Assembly: GCA_965248925.1 (NCBI GenBank)
Contig: CBDFLE010000006.1
Coordinates: 5,120,001-5,184,000, forward strand
DNA length: 64,000 nucleotides
Direction of reading: 5' to 3'
Source of the DNA: Candidatus Multivoradales bacterium
GTDB lineage: Bacteria > Acidobacteriota > Thermoanaerobaculia > Multivoradales > J023
The notes under the pieces were generated by a model. The model saw nothing but the letters and a program-made list of their open reading frames with translations, had not been told where the DNA came from and searched no databases. Below, piece after piece: positions 1-12,400 of the stretch. A program made the translations under genes and the position numbers. Within the stretch, counting starts at the first letter, position 1. Each line of letters opens with the position of its first letter.

Positions 1-230
1 TAGAGAAAATTGGTGTTTACGATAGTTTCTTCGAGCTGGGTGGGCACTCTCTTATGGTCGTGCGGATGCTTTCGCGAGTTCGTGACCTATTGGATGTAGA
101 ACTCTCGCCGCGCCCCTTGTTCGAAGATCCGACCATCGCTGGTCTCTCCAGGCAGATTGCCATGGCTCTTCTCGCCGAGAACGACAAAGACATTGTCGAA
201 GACCCGCTCAACGACTCGCTCGAGAGCTGA
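1..230 (+). CDS. 3' end of an upstream NRPS: terminal peptidyl carrier (T/PCP) domain plus acidic C-terminal docking tail (partial, missing from the ORF track)
   Basis: Frame 3 reads EKIGVYDSFFELGGHSLMVVRMLSRVRDLLDVELSPRPLFEDPTIAGLSRQIAMALLAENDKDIVEDPLNDSLES*. It contains the phosphopantetheine motif FFxLGGHSL, and the TGA is at 228-230. Confidence 0.93.
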   Translation, partial: EKIGVYDSFFELGGHSLMVVRMLSRVRDLLDVELSPRPLFEDPTIAGLSRQIAMALLAENDKDIVEDPLNDSLES

Positions 231-472
231 TAGATCACCACCCTTGGCGAAGTTTCTCCTTAAGACGGTGGTCTCTCTGTGGCGCGTGGGCAGCTACTCC
301 CATGGCTCTGTTGAGGTAAAATACTGGCCGAATAGCGGGTTCTTTCACAGGTCTGTGGGGGGATTCAACAGTCAGTTCGATAGGCCTGGGCGGCGCCTAA
401 TCGGTGTCAGGGTGGGTCTGCGGGTCAAGTTTTATACTCCTGGAATTTTCTTCCGATGGCTTGCGGAGAACG
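231..472 (+). promoter_or_regulatory. Only sizeable intergenic spacer in the window; possible internal promoter and RBS of NRPS1
   Basis: Less GC-rich than the coding DNA. -10-like hexamers TAAAAT (317-322) and TATACT (433-438) lack a convincing -35. GGAGA at 465-469 precedes the ATG at 473. No Fur-box-like palindrome seen. Confidence 0.35.
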
Positions 473-3400
473 ATGGATCGAAAGAGGCAAATCGATGGGT
501 TGTCGCCGGCTGCGCTTGCCGCTCTGGTCAAGAACCTGCGGCAGAAAAAGAAAGTAGTCCGGCGCCGTATTCCGCGGCTCGGGCGGTCGCCGGCTGGTGA
601 TCGGCTGTCGTTTGCCCAAGAAAGATTCTGGTTCCTCGATCGCCTACATCCGGGTAGCGCAACCTACAACATAGCCGGAGCGGTCACCCTCGGTGGTGAG
701 CTCGACGTGGCGGCGCTGCGCGCCAGCCTGGATGCGCTGGTGGCGCGTCATCAAACCCTGCGCACCAGGTTCGCCGAGCGCGACGGCAGTCCGGTGCAGA
801 TCCTTTTCGATCCGCCACTGACTCCCTTGCCGGTGATCGATTTGCAGCAGTTGCTATCGAGCGACCGGCAGCAGCAAGCCGACCGGCTGGGCGCGCGCTG
901 GGCAAGATCTCCCTTCGAGCTGAACCGGGGTCCACTGCTGCGCTGTTTGCTGCTGCATGTGTCGGCGCGTCAGACGCAGCTGGTCCTCGGCTTGCACCAC
1001 ATCATCGCGGATGGATGGTCTTGCGCCATCATGGTGCGCGAAATAGCAGATGGCTATTCCAGGTGGTGTGTTCCCGAACCGCCTGCAGACGGCGGTTGGG
1101 ACGCCGAGTTGCCGATTCAATATGCCGATTTCGCTGACTGGCAGCGCCAGCGTTTGGTGGACGAGCGGCTGGCGTCGCTACTCGACTTCTGGCAGCCACG
1201 TCTGCAGGGGGTTCCGGTCTTGGACTTGCCGACCGACGGCCAACGGTCTGCGTCGGCCGCCGGGCTCGGTGGGCGCCTGCCGTTGCGTATCGACAGGCAT
1301 CTGACCAGCGGTCTAGAGACGCTTGCCAAGGGCGCCGGGGTGACTTTGTTCGTTGCCCTGGTCGGCGTTTTCGGCTTGCTGTTGCGGCGTTTCTCGGGCC
1401 AGCAAGACTTTGCTGTCGCCACCCCGACGGCGGGACGCGATAGGTCTGAACTCGAGCCGCTGATTGGCTGCTTCGTCAACACTCTGCTACTGCGGCTGCG
1501 GTGGTCCGACAATCTGCTGCTCGATGATCTGCTGAGTGCTACCGGTGAGCAGATGGCCGGCGCTCTTGAGCACCAGGAGCTGCCATTCGAAGAGCTGGTG
1601 CGTGAGTTGGATCCGCAGCGCAGCATGGCGACGGCGCCACTGGCGCAAGTGATGTTGGTGCTTCAGGGTACCCCCCTCGACCTGCGCCTAGGCGATCTAT
1701 CACTAACCTTGGAGGAACTGGACACCGGCTCAGCCAAGTTTGATTTGTTACTCAATCTGACACCCTGCTCGGGGCGGCTGGAGGGCTTCCTCGAGTACCG
1801 CCGCGAACTCTTCGACCGCTCGACAGTCGACCGCCTCTGCCGCTATCTGGAAGCGCTGATCGCGGCCTTTGTCGGTGGCCGGGGCCGCCTTCTGTCGCAG
1901 CTCTCCGCCGCGCCTCGAAGTGAGCGGCAGCAGCTGCTTTATGAGTGGAGCGAAGCGTCGACCGCCGGGTCGCCGAACCGCGGGTCGGTTGGCGATTTGC
2001 TACACCGCATGGTGGCGGCGCAGAGCCAGCGTTCGCCGACGTCGACAGCGCTAATCGATGGCGCTAGCAGCTGGAGCTATGCCCAGCTCGACGAGGCTGT
2101 CGGGCAGCTGGCGAGTCGCCTTGTCGGTGCCGGGGTCGAGCCCGGACAGCCGGTGGCGGTCTGCCTGCGGCGATCGCCGGAGATGGTTGTTTGCTTGTTG
2201 GCGGTTATGCGGGCAGGAGCCTACTACGTGCCTTTGGATGTTGGCTACCCGACCGAACGGCTGCACTTCATAGTCACCGATTCGGCGGTGCAGGTGGTGC
2301 TGCTCGGCGCGGCGCTGGAGGTGGATTTACCGCCGGTGGCCACCACCCTGCGAATCGAGCCGTGGCGGCTGGCCGAGCTGTCCGGGACGGCGGCGCGGCG
2401 CGACCGGGAGTGCAGGCCGAGCGTCGCGCTGGCCAGTGAGTCGCTCGCCTACGTGATCTACACCTCGGGCTCGACCGGTCAGCCGAAAGGGGTGGGGATC
2501 TCGCACTCTGCCGCGACCGGGCTGATGCATTGGGCGCGAAGTCAGTTCAGCGATAGCGAACTCAGCGGCGTGCTGGCGGCGACCTCGATTTGTTTTGACC
2601 TGTCGGTGTTCGAACTCTTCGCGCCGCTGTGCTGGGGTGGCTGCGCGGTGCTGGCTGAGGATGCTCTGAACCTGTCTGGTTTGCCGGCGGCCGATCGCGT
2701 GCGGCTGATCAACACGGTGCCCTCGGTGATGGCCGCGGTGCTGCGGCAGGGCCCTCTGCCGGCCTCGGTCGAGACTATTAACCTGGCTGGCGAGGCACTC
2801 AGCGGTGCTCTGGTGGCGCAGGTTTACGCCGCCGCAGGTGTCCGTCGGGTGCTGAATCTCTACGGCCCGTCCGAAGACACGACTTACAGCACCGCTACCG
2901 AGGTAAGCCGCTCTGCCAGGGTGCCGACAATCGGCCGGCCGTTGCCCGCTACCGAAGTCTATCTGCTGGATCGGCGCGGTCTGCCGGTGCCCCTTGGGGC
3001 GCGTGGCGAGCTGGCTTTAGGTGGTGCCCATCTCGCGCGTGGCTATTTGCGCCGAAGTGCGCTGACCGCTGAGCGTTTCGTGCCTCACTCGTTCTCGGCG
3101 GCGGCCGGAGCGCGACTCTATTTGACTGGCGATCAGGCGCGCTATCGCGGCGCTGGTGAGCTTGATTTCTTGGGCCGGCTGGACCATCAAGTCAAAGTGC
3201 GGGGCTTTCGCATCGAGCTGGGTGAAGTTGCCGCGCGGCTGACCGAGCATCCTGCGGTCGAGGAGGTAGTGGCGGTGGTGGAAGCGGACGCCGACGGTGG
3301 TTGGCTGATCGCTTTCTGGAGTGGTCGATCGGCAGACTCGCCAGCGGTCAGCGGCGCCGAGCTGCGCGCCTTCCTCGCCACTCGCCTGCCGGATTTCATG

Positions 3401-6400
3401 GTTCCTACCTGGCTGCTGCGGCTGGCCGAGCTACCACGGACTGCGAATGGCAAGATCGACCGCCGAGCCCTGCCGGGCCTGAGCGAGATCCGCGGTCAAC
3501 ACAGCGGCGAATACATCGCGCCGCGAGATGCGGTCGAACGGACCGTGGCGGACATCTGGTGCCAGGTGCTAAAGCTCGAGCGAGTCGGCGCCCTGGACGA
3601 GTTCTTTGCCCTTGGCGGTCACTCCTTACTGGCCACTCGGGTGGTGGCGCGGGTGCGCGAGGCGTTCGGCATCGAGCTGCCACTGCGCAGTGTCTTCGAA
3701 TTCTCGACCGTCGAGCGCTCGGCTGAGCAGATTCGTTCTCTCCAGCAGGCGCCGGGAGAGCTGGCTGAGTGGGCGCGGATCGAAGCGGTCTCGGCCGCGG
3801 TTCTACCCCTGTCGTTCGCCCAGGAACGGCTGTGGTTTGTCGAGCAGCTGGAACCCGGCGCGGCGACCCATAACGTGCCGGCGGCGGTTCGCTTGGTTGG
3901 CTCTCTCGATCGCTTGGCGCTGCACGCTGCACTCGCCGCGATCATCGAGCGCCACGCCATCTTGCGCACGGTTGTGCGTTCCACTGATGGCCGTGGGCTG
4001 CAAGAGTTCTTGCCCAGCTTGGAGCTACTTGTACCGCTCACCGATCTTTCCGCCCTCGATTCGGCAGCGGCGGAAGACCAGCTGGCGCTGGTCTTTGCCG
4101 CTAGCGCCCAGCGTCCCTTCGACCTCGAGAAAGGGCCGCTGATTCGCTCCCAACTGCTGCGGCTGGCGTCCGCTGAGCACGTCCTACTGCTCGAACTGCA
4201 CCACCTGATCACCGACGCCTGGTCGATGGAGATCTTGATTCGCGAGCTGACCGCGTTCTATGGCGGCAAGAGCCTGCCGCCGGTCGAGCTGAGCTACGGT
4301 GACTTCGCTCTGTGGCAGCGACGGCTGCTGGACGAACGAGCCCTGGAGCCGCACCTCGACTACTGGCGCCGCCAGCTAGCGGCGATCGAGCCTTTAGAGC
4401 TGCCGACGGATTGGCCTCGGCCGACTCAGCCGAGCCAGCGTGGTGGTGCCCTGCCGGTGGTTCTCGGCATGCGGCTCAGCGCCGCGCTGGAAGACTTCAG
4501 CCGGCGATTCGCCGCCACTCCATTCATGGTCTTACTGGCCACCTTCGCCCACCAATTGTCGATTTACAGCGGACGTTGCGATATCGCCATCGGTTCGCCG
4601 GTCGCTGGCCGGCAGCGAATCGAACTCGAGGAGATGATCGGCTTCTTTGTCAACACCCTGGTACTGCGGGTCGAAGTCGGCGGTGATCCGACCTTCCGCC
4701 AGCTGCTTGGCAGGGTTCGCGAGCTGACCCTACAGGGGCAGGAGCACCAGCAAGTGCCTTTCGCGCGTCTGGTGGAGGAGTTGAGCCCGCGGCGGGATTT
4801 AGGCATCACTCCTCTGTTCCAGGTGATGCTGGTGTTGCAGACCGCGCCGCGGCCGGTGTTGGCTGTCGAGGGCCTAGAGCTGGAGCCTTTGGCGGTCCAC
4901 AACGCGACGGCACCGTTCGAGCTGACCCTGTCACTGGCGCCGGTCGATGACGGCCTCGAAGGTACCTTCGAATATGCCGCAGAGCTGTTCTCGGCAGCGA
5001 CGGTGGCGCGATTTCGCGATCACTTCTGCCACCTGCTGTCGGCTGTTGTCGAGCAGCCGAATCGTCGCCTGTCTGAACTCTCGCCACTAGCGGCTGGCGA
5101 ACGTCATCAGGTGTTGGTGAGCTGGGCTGGAACGACACTGTGCTTGGCTGAGCCCAGCACAGTGGTGGAGCGGATCGATGCGGCGGTCGGTGGACGGCAA
5201 GCGGTCGCGGCGGTGGTGGACGGCGACCAACGGCTGAGCTATGGCGAACTCGATGTCGCGGTCGTCGCGCTGGCCCAGCGCTTGCGCCGGTTCGGCGTTG
5301 GCCCCGAGATCCGGGTGGCGGTTCATCTGCGCCGCTCGGCGCGGTTGATAGTCGCCTTGCTGGCGGTGATGAAGTGTGGCGGTGCCTATGTGCCGCTCGA
5401 TCCGCGAGCACCGCGGCGGCGGCTGGCTCAGATCCTTGACGACGCCGGGGTGGCCTTAGTGCTCAGCGAGTCGCAGCTGCTCGGCGATCTGCCGTCGACC
5501 GAGGTGCCGGTGTGGACTCTCGGCGCGCTCGAGGAAGCCGCCGCGGTGGCTGACGAACGGGCCTTTGCTACCGTCGCCCCCGAACTCACCGCTTATTTGA
5601 TTTACACCTCTGGATCGAGCGGCCGGCCGAAAGGGGTGGCGATCTCTCATCGCGCCTTGGCCAGCTATGTGGTGCGGGCTGCCGAACGCTATGACCTGGG
5701 GGAGGGTGACCGGGTCTTGCAGCTCAACTCGATCAGCTTCGACACCAGTGCCGAGGAGATATTTCCCGCGCTACTCGCCGGCGCTACGTTGGTTCCGTGG
5801 AGCGGTGAACTCGAGTCCGCTGGCGCTTTCCTGGCCAGTTGTCAGCGGGTTGGCGTCACCGTGCTCAATTTCCCGACAGCCTACTGGCACACCCTGGTGG
5901 CGGAAGTTGAAGACGATTCGACCGCCCACTGGCCGGCCGGCCTGCGGCTGGTGATCATCGGCGGCGAGCAGGCACTGGCCCAGGATCTCGGCCGATGGCG
6001 GGGGCAGCTGGATGGTGCGGTGCGACTTCTCAATACCTATGGTCCTACTGAAGCGACAATCGTCGCCAGTTGGTGGGAGGACGCTGGTCAGAGATTGTCC
6101 GGCGCCACTGGCCTACCGATTGGTGAGCCGACACCCAACGCGCGCACTCGGGTGCTCGACCGCTGCCTGCGGCCGCTACCGATCGGTGTTCCTGGTGAAC
6201 TCTGCATCGGCGGCGAGGGATTGGCTCGCGGCTACTTCGGCAATCCCCGGCTGACCGCTGAGCTGTTTGTACCCGATCCCTATTCGAGCGATGCTTTCGA
6301 CCGCCTCTACCGCACTGGCGATCTGGTCCGGTTTACCGGCGGCGGGGAGCTGGAGTTTGTTGGTCGGCGCGATCACCAGGTCAAAATCCGCGGTTTCCGA

Positions 6401-9400
6401 GTGGAGTTGGGTGAGATCGAAGCAGCGCTCGAAGCTGATCCCGGAGTGCGTTCCGCGGTGGTGACAGCGACCCCGTCTCCAGCCGGCGATCTGCGCCTGG
6501 CGGCCTATGTAGTGGCCCTCGATTCGGTGCAGCTGAATCTCGAAGATCTGGCCACGGCGACCGCCAGCCGGCTGCCGAACTATATGTTGCCGAGCGCCTG
6601 GGGCGAACTCGATACCCTGCCTTTGCTGGCCAGCGGCAAAGTCAACCGCCGCGCATTAGCGTCTCCGGAGTGGCGTTCTGAAAGCGCTGAAAGGGTGGCT
6701 CCGGTCGGTGAATCCGAAGTGTTGCTAGCGCGGCTCTTCGGCGAGTTGTTGGAAGTCGCTCAGGCTGGTGCTAATGACGATTTTTTCCGCCTCGGCGGCC
6801 ACTCACTGCTCGCAATTCAGTTGGTTTCACGAGTCCGTGCGGCACTCGCCGTGGAGCTGCCGGTGAGGCAGGTCTTCGAGCATCCGCGGTTGGCTGATCT
6901 GGCGCGGCGGCTAGATGTCCTGCGCCACCAGCAGGCCGCAGTCGAGCTGGGCTCGATCGAGCGCCGGCCGGACAGTGCGCCGGTCGAGCTTTCCTACGCC
7001 CAGCAGCGACTGTGGTTTCTCGACCAGCTGCAGCCCGAGAGCATCGCTTACCATGTGCCGGTTGTGGTCGAACTCGAAGGCGCGCTCGACGTCGACGCAC
7101 TGCGCCACAGTCTAGCCCGGACGATGGCTCGTCACTCGGTGCTACGGACCATCTTCCCCACCCGCGGCGGTCGGCCGGCGGCCGAGGTCGCTGCCACTGC
7201 TGTCCTCGGTCAACCGGCGGTGGATCTGACGGCGCTGACCCATTCGGCGGCCGAGAAGCAGGCCCAGCAGATCGTCTTGCAGAGTATCCGGCGGCCTTTT
7301 GATCTGGGCCGTGGCCTGCTGTGGCGAACCCTCTTGCTGCGTCTGGGTGAGCGTCGCCACAGGCTGATTCTGACCTTGCATCACATCGTTACCGATGGCT
7401 GGTCGATGGGTATTCTGCTGCGCGAGCTGACGATTCACTACGCCGCCCTGAAGTCTGGTGAGCAGATCGACCTGCCGGCTTTGCCGGTGAGCTATTCGGA
7501 CTATGCCAGTTGGCAGCGCGGTTGGTTGGGAAGCGAGTTGATCGCTTCGCAGCTGGCGTATTGGAAAGAGGCTCTAGCTGGCGCCCCGGCGGTGCTCGAC
7601 CTGCCCACCGACCGGCCGCGGCCAGCGAATCCGCGCCAGCTGGGCGCTCTGCACGGATTTCGTTGGTCGAGTTCGTTGAGCGACCGTCTCAGTGCCTTCG
7701 GCCGGGACCGGGGTGCCACTCTCTTCATGGTCTTGCGGGCGCTCTTTCAGCTCTTGCTGGCCCGGCAGGCGCGGCAGACAGACCTGGTGATCGGAAGCCC
7801 GGTGGCTGGTCGCCGGCAGCTCGAAGTCGAGGGTTTGATCGGCCTGTTTGTCAACCTGTTGCCACTGCGCGCCGAACTCAGCGGCGAGCCGACTTTCGAA
7901 GACTTCCTGGAGCAAGTGCGCGACAACACTCTAGCCGCCTTCACGCACCAGGATCTACCTTTCGAACGGCTAGTGGACGAACTCCAGCCGCAGCGCGACT
8001 TGAGCTACACGCCGATCTTTCAGACCTTGCTGGTGTTGCAAAATGCCCCCCTGAAGCCGGCGGTGGTCAGCGACCTGGAGCTGCGACCGCTACAAGTCGA
8101 TTTCGGCATCGCCAAATTCGATTTGACGCTGACGTTCGAGGAGGGTTCTGAGGGTCTCGAGGGGCTTTTCGAGTATGACCTGGAGCTGTTCGACACGACC
8201 ACGGTCGAGCGTTTCGCCAGCCGCTTGCAAACGCTCTGCGAGAGCGCCCTGGCGGCGCCCCTGCAATGCTGCGGCAGGCTCGACCTGCTGCCGCCCGAGG
8301 AGCGCCGGCAACTGCTCGCCCAGACCCCGCTTCGCGTGGCCGCGCCGTCGCTCGAGCCGTTACACCAGTTGTTCGAGGCGCAAGCCGCGAGGCGCCCTGA
8401 TGCGGTGGCTCTCTGCCTGGGCTCGGCGACCCTGACCTACCGCGCGCTCGACCGGCGAGCCGAGCGCTTGGCAGCGGCGCTGCGCGGTCTGGGGGTGAAG
8501 CGCGGCGCCCGCGTGGGGATCTTCCTCGACCGCTCTCTGGACCTGGTGATGGCGATCTTGGCGGTGCTCAAGATGGGTGCTGCTTATGTGCCCCTCGACC
8601 CGGCCAATCCGGCGGAGCGGCTGGCCTACCTGCTGCAGGATTCCGGGCTTGGTGTGTTGCTAACCCAGCGGCGCCTGCTCGCCAGCCTGCCCGAATCTAA
8701 TCTGCGCACGGTGCTCCTCGATGCCCCCTGGCCGCCGCCGCTGGCCGGGGGTGTGCGGTCGACACCGGAGGACGCGGCCTATGTCATCTACACCTCGGGC
8801 TCGACCGGCAAACCAAAGGGAGTGGAGGTCACCCATGCCAATGTTACCCGGCTGCTGAGCGCGGCGCGGCAAGGATTCGATTTCGACCAACTCGATGCCT
8901 GGTCGTTGTTTCATTCCTGCGCTTTCGACTTCTCGGTCTGGGAACTCTGGGGTGCGCTGGCCTACGGCGGTCGGCTGCTGGTGGTGCCGTACTGGACCAG
9001 CCGCTCGCCCGATGAATTGCTCGAGCTGCTCGCTCGCCAGCGGGTGACGGTGCTCAACCAGACGCCGTCCGCATTTCGCCAGCTAATACGGGCCGAGCAG
9101 TCTGCCGCCGCCGCGCCGCGGCTGGCGCTACGCTGGGTGATCTTCGGCGGTGAAGCGCTGGAGCTCGAATCGCTGCGGCCCTGGTTCGAGCGCCATGGCG
9201 AGGAGCGGCCGCGCCTGGTCAACATGTTCGGCATCACCGAGACCACGGTGCACGTCACCTACCGCCGGTTGCTGGCGGCGGATCTCGACCGTCTGGCCGG
9301 TGCCAGCCCGATCGGCGAGCCGCTGCCCGACTTGCGCCTGCACCTACTGGACGGTTATCTCGAGCCGCTGCCGATCGGCGTTGTCGGTGAGCTGTATGTG

Positions 9401-12400
9401 GCCGGCGCTGGGATCGCACGGGGCTATCTGGAGCGGCCCGCGCTGACTGCTGAGCGGTTGGTGCCCGACCCCTTTTCGGGCCTGCCCGGCGAGCGTCTGT
9501 ATCGCTCGGGAGACCTCGCCCGGCGGCTCACCAGCGGTGACTTGGCCTATGTTGGCCGGGCCGATCAGCAGGTCAAGATCCGCGGCTTCCGCATTGAACT
9601 CGGTGAGATCGAAGGCGCTTTGCTGGAGCATCCGGCGGTGACCGAGGCGGCGGTGCTGGCCCTCGACGGCGGCGATGGCAGCAAGCTCGCCGCCTACGTT
9701 GTCGCCACGGCGGCGAGCGACGACCTGCGAGCCCATCTGCTGGCGCTGCTGCCACAGTACATGGTGCCGGAGCACATCCAGACGCTGTCCAACCTGCCGC
9801 TGACCGCCAATGGCAAGCTCGACCAGCGCCGATTGCCGGTGCCGCGGCGGCAGGCCGGTGAGCCGACCGCCGCTCATGTGCCGCCGACCGATCCGCTGGC
9901 TCGGCGGGTGGCAGCGGCGTGGCGGCAGGTGCTGGAGCGGCAGGAGATCGGCATGACCGACAGCTTCTTCACCCTCGGTGGCGACTCGATCAAGGCGGTG
10001 CGGCTCGCCGGCCTACTCAACGAAGAGTTCGACGCCGGTTTCAAGGTGCGCGACGTGTTCCGCTTTCAGACCGTCGGCGAGCAGACCGAGCGGCTGCGCG
10101 GCGGTGCCGCCGGCTGGACGATCGAGCGGGAGCACTCCGCTGGCCTGGAACAAATCGCCCGCTTTCGCAAGGGACTGCTCGCCGATGCCGAAACCGCCGC
10201 TCGCCTGCCGCCGGATTGGGCCGATGTCTACCCTCTGAGCGACATCGAAAAGAGCATGGTGTACTACTCCTTGCTGTGGCCCGAGGAGCCAGTTTATCAC
10301 GATCAATTCGTCTACTTCGTCGAGCTGCAGCAGCCGGCCGGCTTCTTCCGCGCTCTCGAGCTGCTGATCGACCGCCATCACAACCTGCGCTGCAGCTTCG
10401 ATCTCTACAGCTTCGCCGAGCAGGCCAAGGTGGTGCATCGAACGGCGGGTCCGCAGTGGGCGGTCGAGGATCTCTCGGCGCTAGCCGAGGATGCCCAGCG
10501 GCGTCGAGTCTTGCAGTACCAGGCCAGCGATCTGGCTCGGCGTTTTTCCTTCACCGGCGACCTGATGTGGCGTTTCAAACTCTTCCGCTTGGCGGGCGAG
10601 CGCCATTGTGTAGTGTGGACTTTCCACCATGCCATCCTCGATGGCTGGAGCAACATTTCGTTGTGGGTTGAGCTGAGTGAGACCTGCCGGCTCGCCGACC
10701 TCGAAACACGGTCTGCCTTGCCCCCGCTGGCCACCGGCTACCGCGACTATGTGGCGGTTACTCTGGGCCGCAAGGGCTCGGCCGAGACCACCGCTTTCTG
10801 GCGCCGCTACCTGGCCGGCCACGAGCGCAGCAAGCTGCCTTTCAACCGCGCTCGTCGGCAACTCGGTACCGACACCGCGATGCAGATTCGGCGTCGCGAC
10901 CTGGGCGGCGAACTGCTCGAGCGGCTGCGCCGGCAGGCCGCTCGGTACGAATTGTCGCTGCAGGGCTTGTGCCTGGCGGCGCATGTCTTCTTGCTCCATG
11001 TGCTGTCATCAGTTGGCGACTTGGTCACCGGGGTGGTGTCCAACGATCGGGTCGGGTTGGCGGACGGCGAGAAAGTTCTCGGCTGTTTCCTGACCACTTT
11101 GCCCCTACGTTTGGCGGCCGATCGCCACCACCATCGCCTGGAGCTGGTGCGGGAGGTCGAGCGGCGGTTGATCGACGTCAAAGCGCATGAGATTCCATTG
11201 GTCGAGATCGCTGCCGCCAGTGGCACACGGGTGACCTCAGGAAATCCGCTCTTCGACACCCTGTTTAACTACATGGATTTCCATCGTCTGGAAGGACTGC
11301 AGCAAAACTCTTGCTTCCGCGCTCAAACCTCAGACCAGCAGGTCGAGGCCTTCGGGCTCGAGAACAGCGAGATGACCAATACGTTGTTCGATCTCGAGGT
11401 CAACACCACCTTGGGTGGTCTGGGTTGCGTGGTGAAATTCTCGCCGGAGCATTTTGAGCCGGCTGATATCGAAAAGACCCTCGATCTCTACGGCTCTCTC
11501 TTACACGCATTCGCCGAGGATCTCGGCGCGCCACTCGACGCCGAGCAGTTGCTGGTTTCGAGCAGCGAGCGGCAGCAGCTGGTGCAGCGCTACAACCACA
11601 CCGGGATCGCCTATAAGACCGATCAGCTGCTGCACCAGCCGTTCGAGCGCAGCTGCGCAAGGGCTGCTGCGAGAGTGGCGGTATCGTGTGCTGGCAAGAG
11701 CCTTAGTTATGGCGAACTCGAGAACCGCGCCAACCAGCTGGCTCACTATCTGATCGAGCGTGGGGTCGAGCCTGGGGACAATGTCGGTCTGATCTACGCC
11801 CGGTCGCTGGAACTCGCTGTCGGGGTCCTAGCGATCCTCAAGGCGGGTGCTGCCTATGTGCCAATAGAGCCTTCGTACCCGGCGCTGCGCAAGAGCTACA
11901 TCGTCAATAGCTCGGGTATTCGCTGGCTGTTGGCCGCTGATCAGAGCCAGACGGTACTCGATTTCGACCAGTTGGTGGCGGACGAGGTCATGGTGTTGGT
12001 TCCCGAGCCGCAGGTGCTGGCCGCTTGCTCGCCGAGGATTCCGGAAGTTGCTTCGTCGGCGGCCCATCGAACTCGCCAGCTTGCCTATACGATCTACACT
12101 TCGGGCTCAACTGGCCGGCCGAAGGGAGTGATGATTGAGCATCAGCAGGCGATCAATCTGCTGAGCTGGGTCAACCGTCAGTATCGGGTCGGGGGTGACG
12201 ACGTTCTGCTGATGCTGTCATCGGTGTGCTTCGACCTCTCGGTGTACGACTTGTTCGGTGGTTGGGCAGCAGGGGCGAAGGTGGTGATTGCTGAACTCGG
12301 TGATATCCGCGAGCCTGGTCGCACCCGCGATCTGCTGGACGCCGAAGGGGTGACTTTCTGGAACTCGGTGCCCTCTACGCTGGGCACCCTGGTGAAGTAC

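Noticed and set aside
231-472. Fur box, riboswitch or terminator in the spacer
   Set aside because: I could see no AT-rich 19-bp palindrome, no strong hairpin followed by a U-tract, and no recognisable RNA motif.
157-600. 147-aa + strand ORF spanning the first intergenic region
   Set aside because: It overlaps both the upstream T-domain frame and NRPS1, has no motif, and is not MbtH-like (no conserved Trp pattern).
10220-11560. Dual E/C or Cy interpretation of the atypical C domains after GGDSI T domains (also about 32810-34120)
   Set aside because: They lack the N-terminal HHxxxxxGD of dual E/C domains and the DxxxxD of Cy domains. Both follow Thr modules and fit the modAA pattern better.
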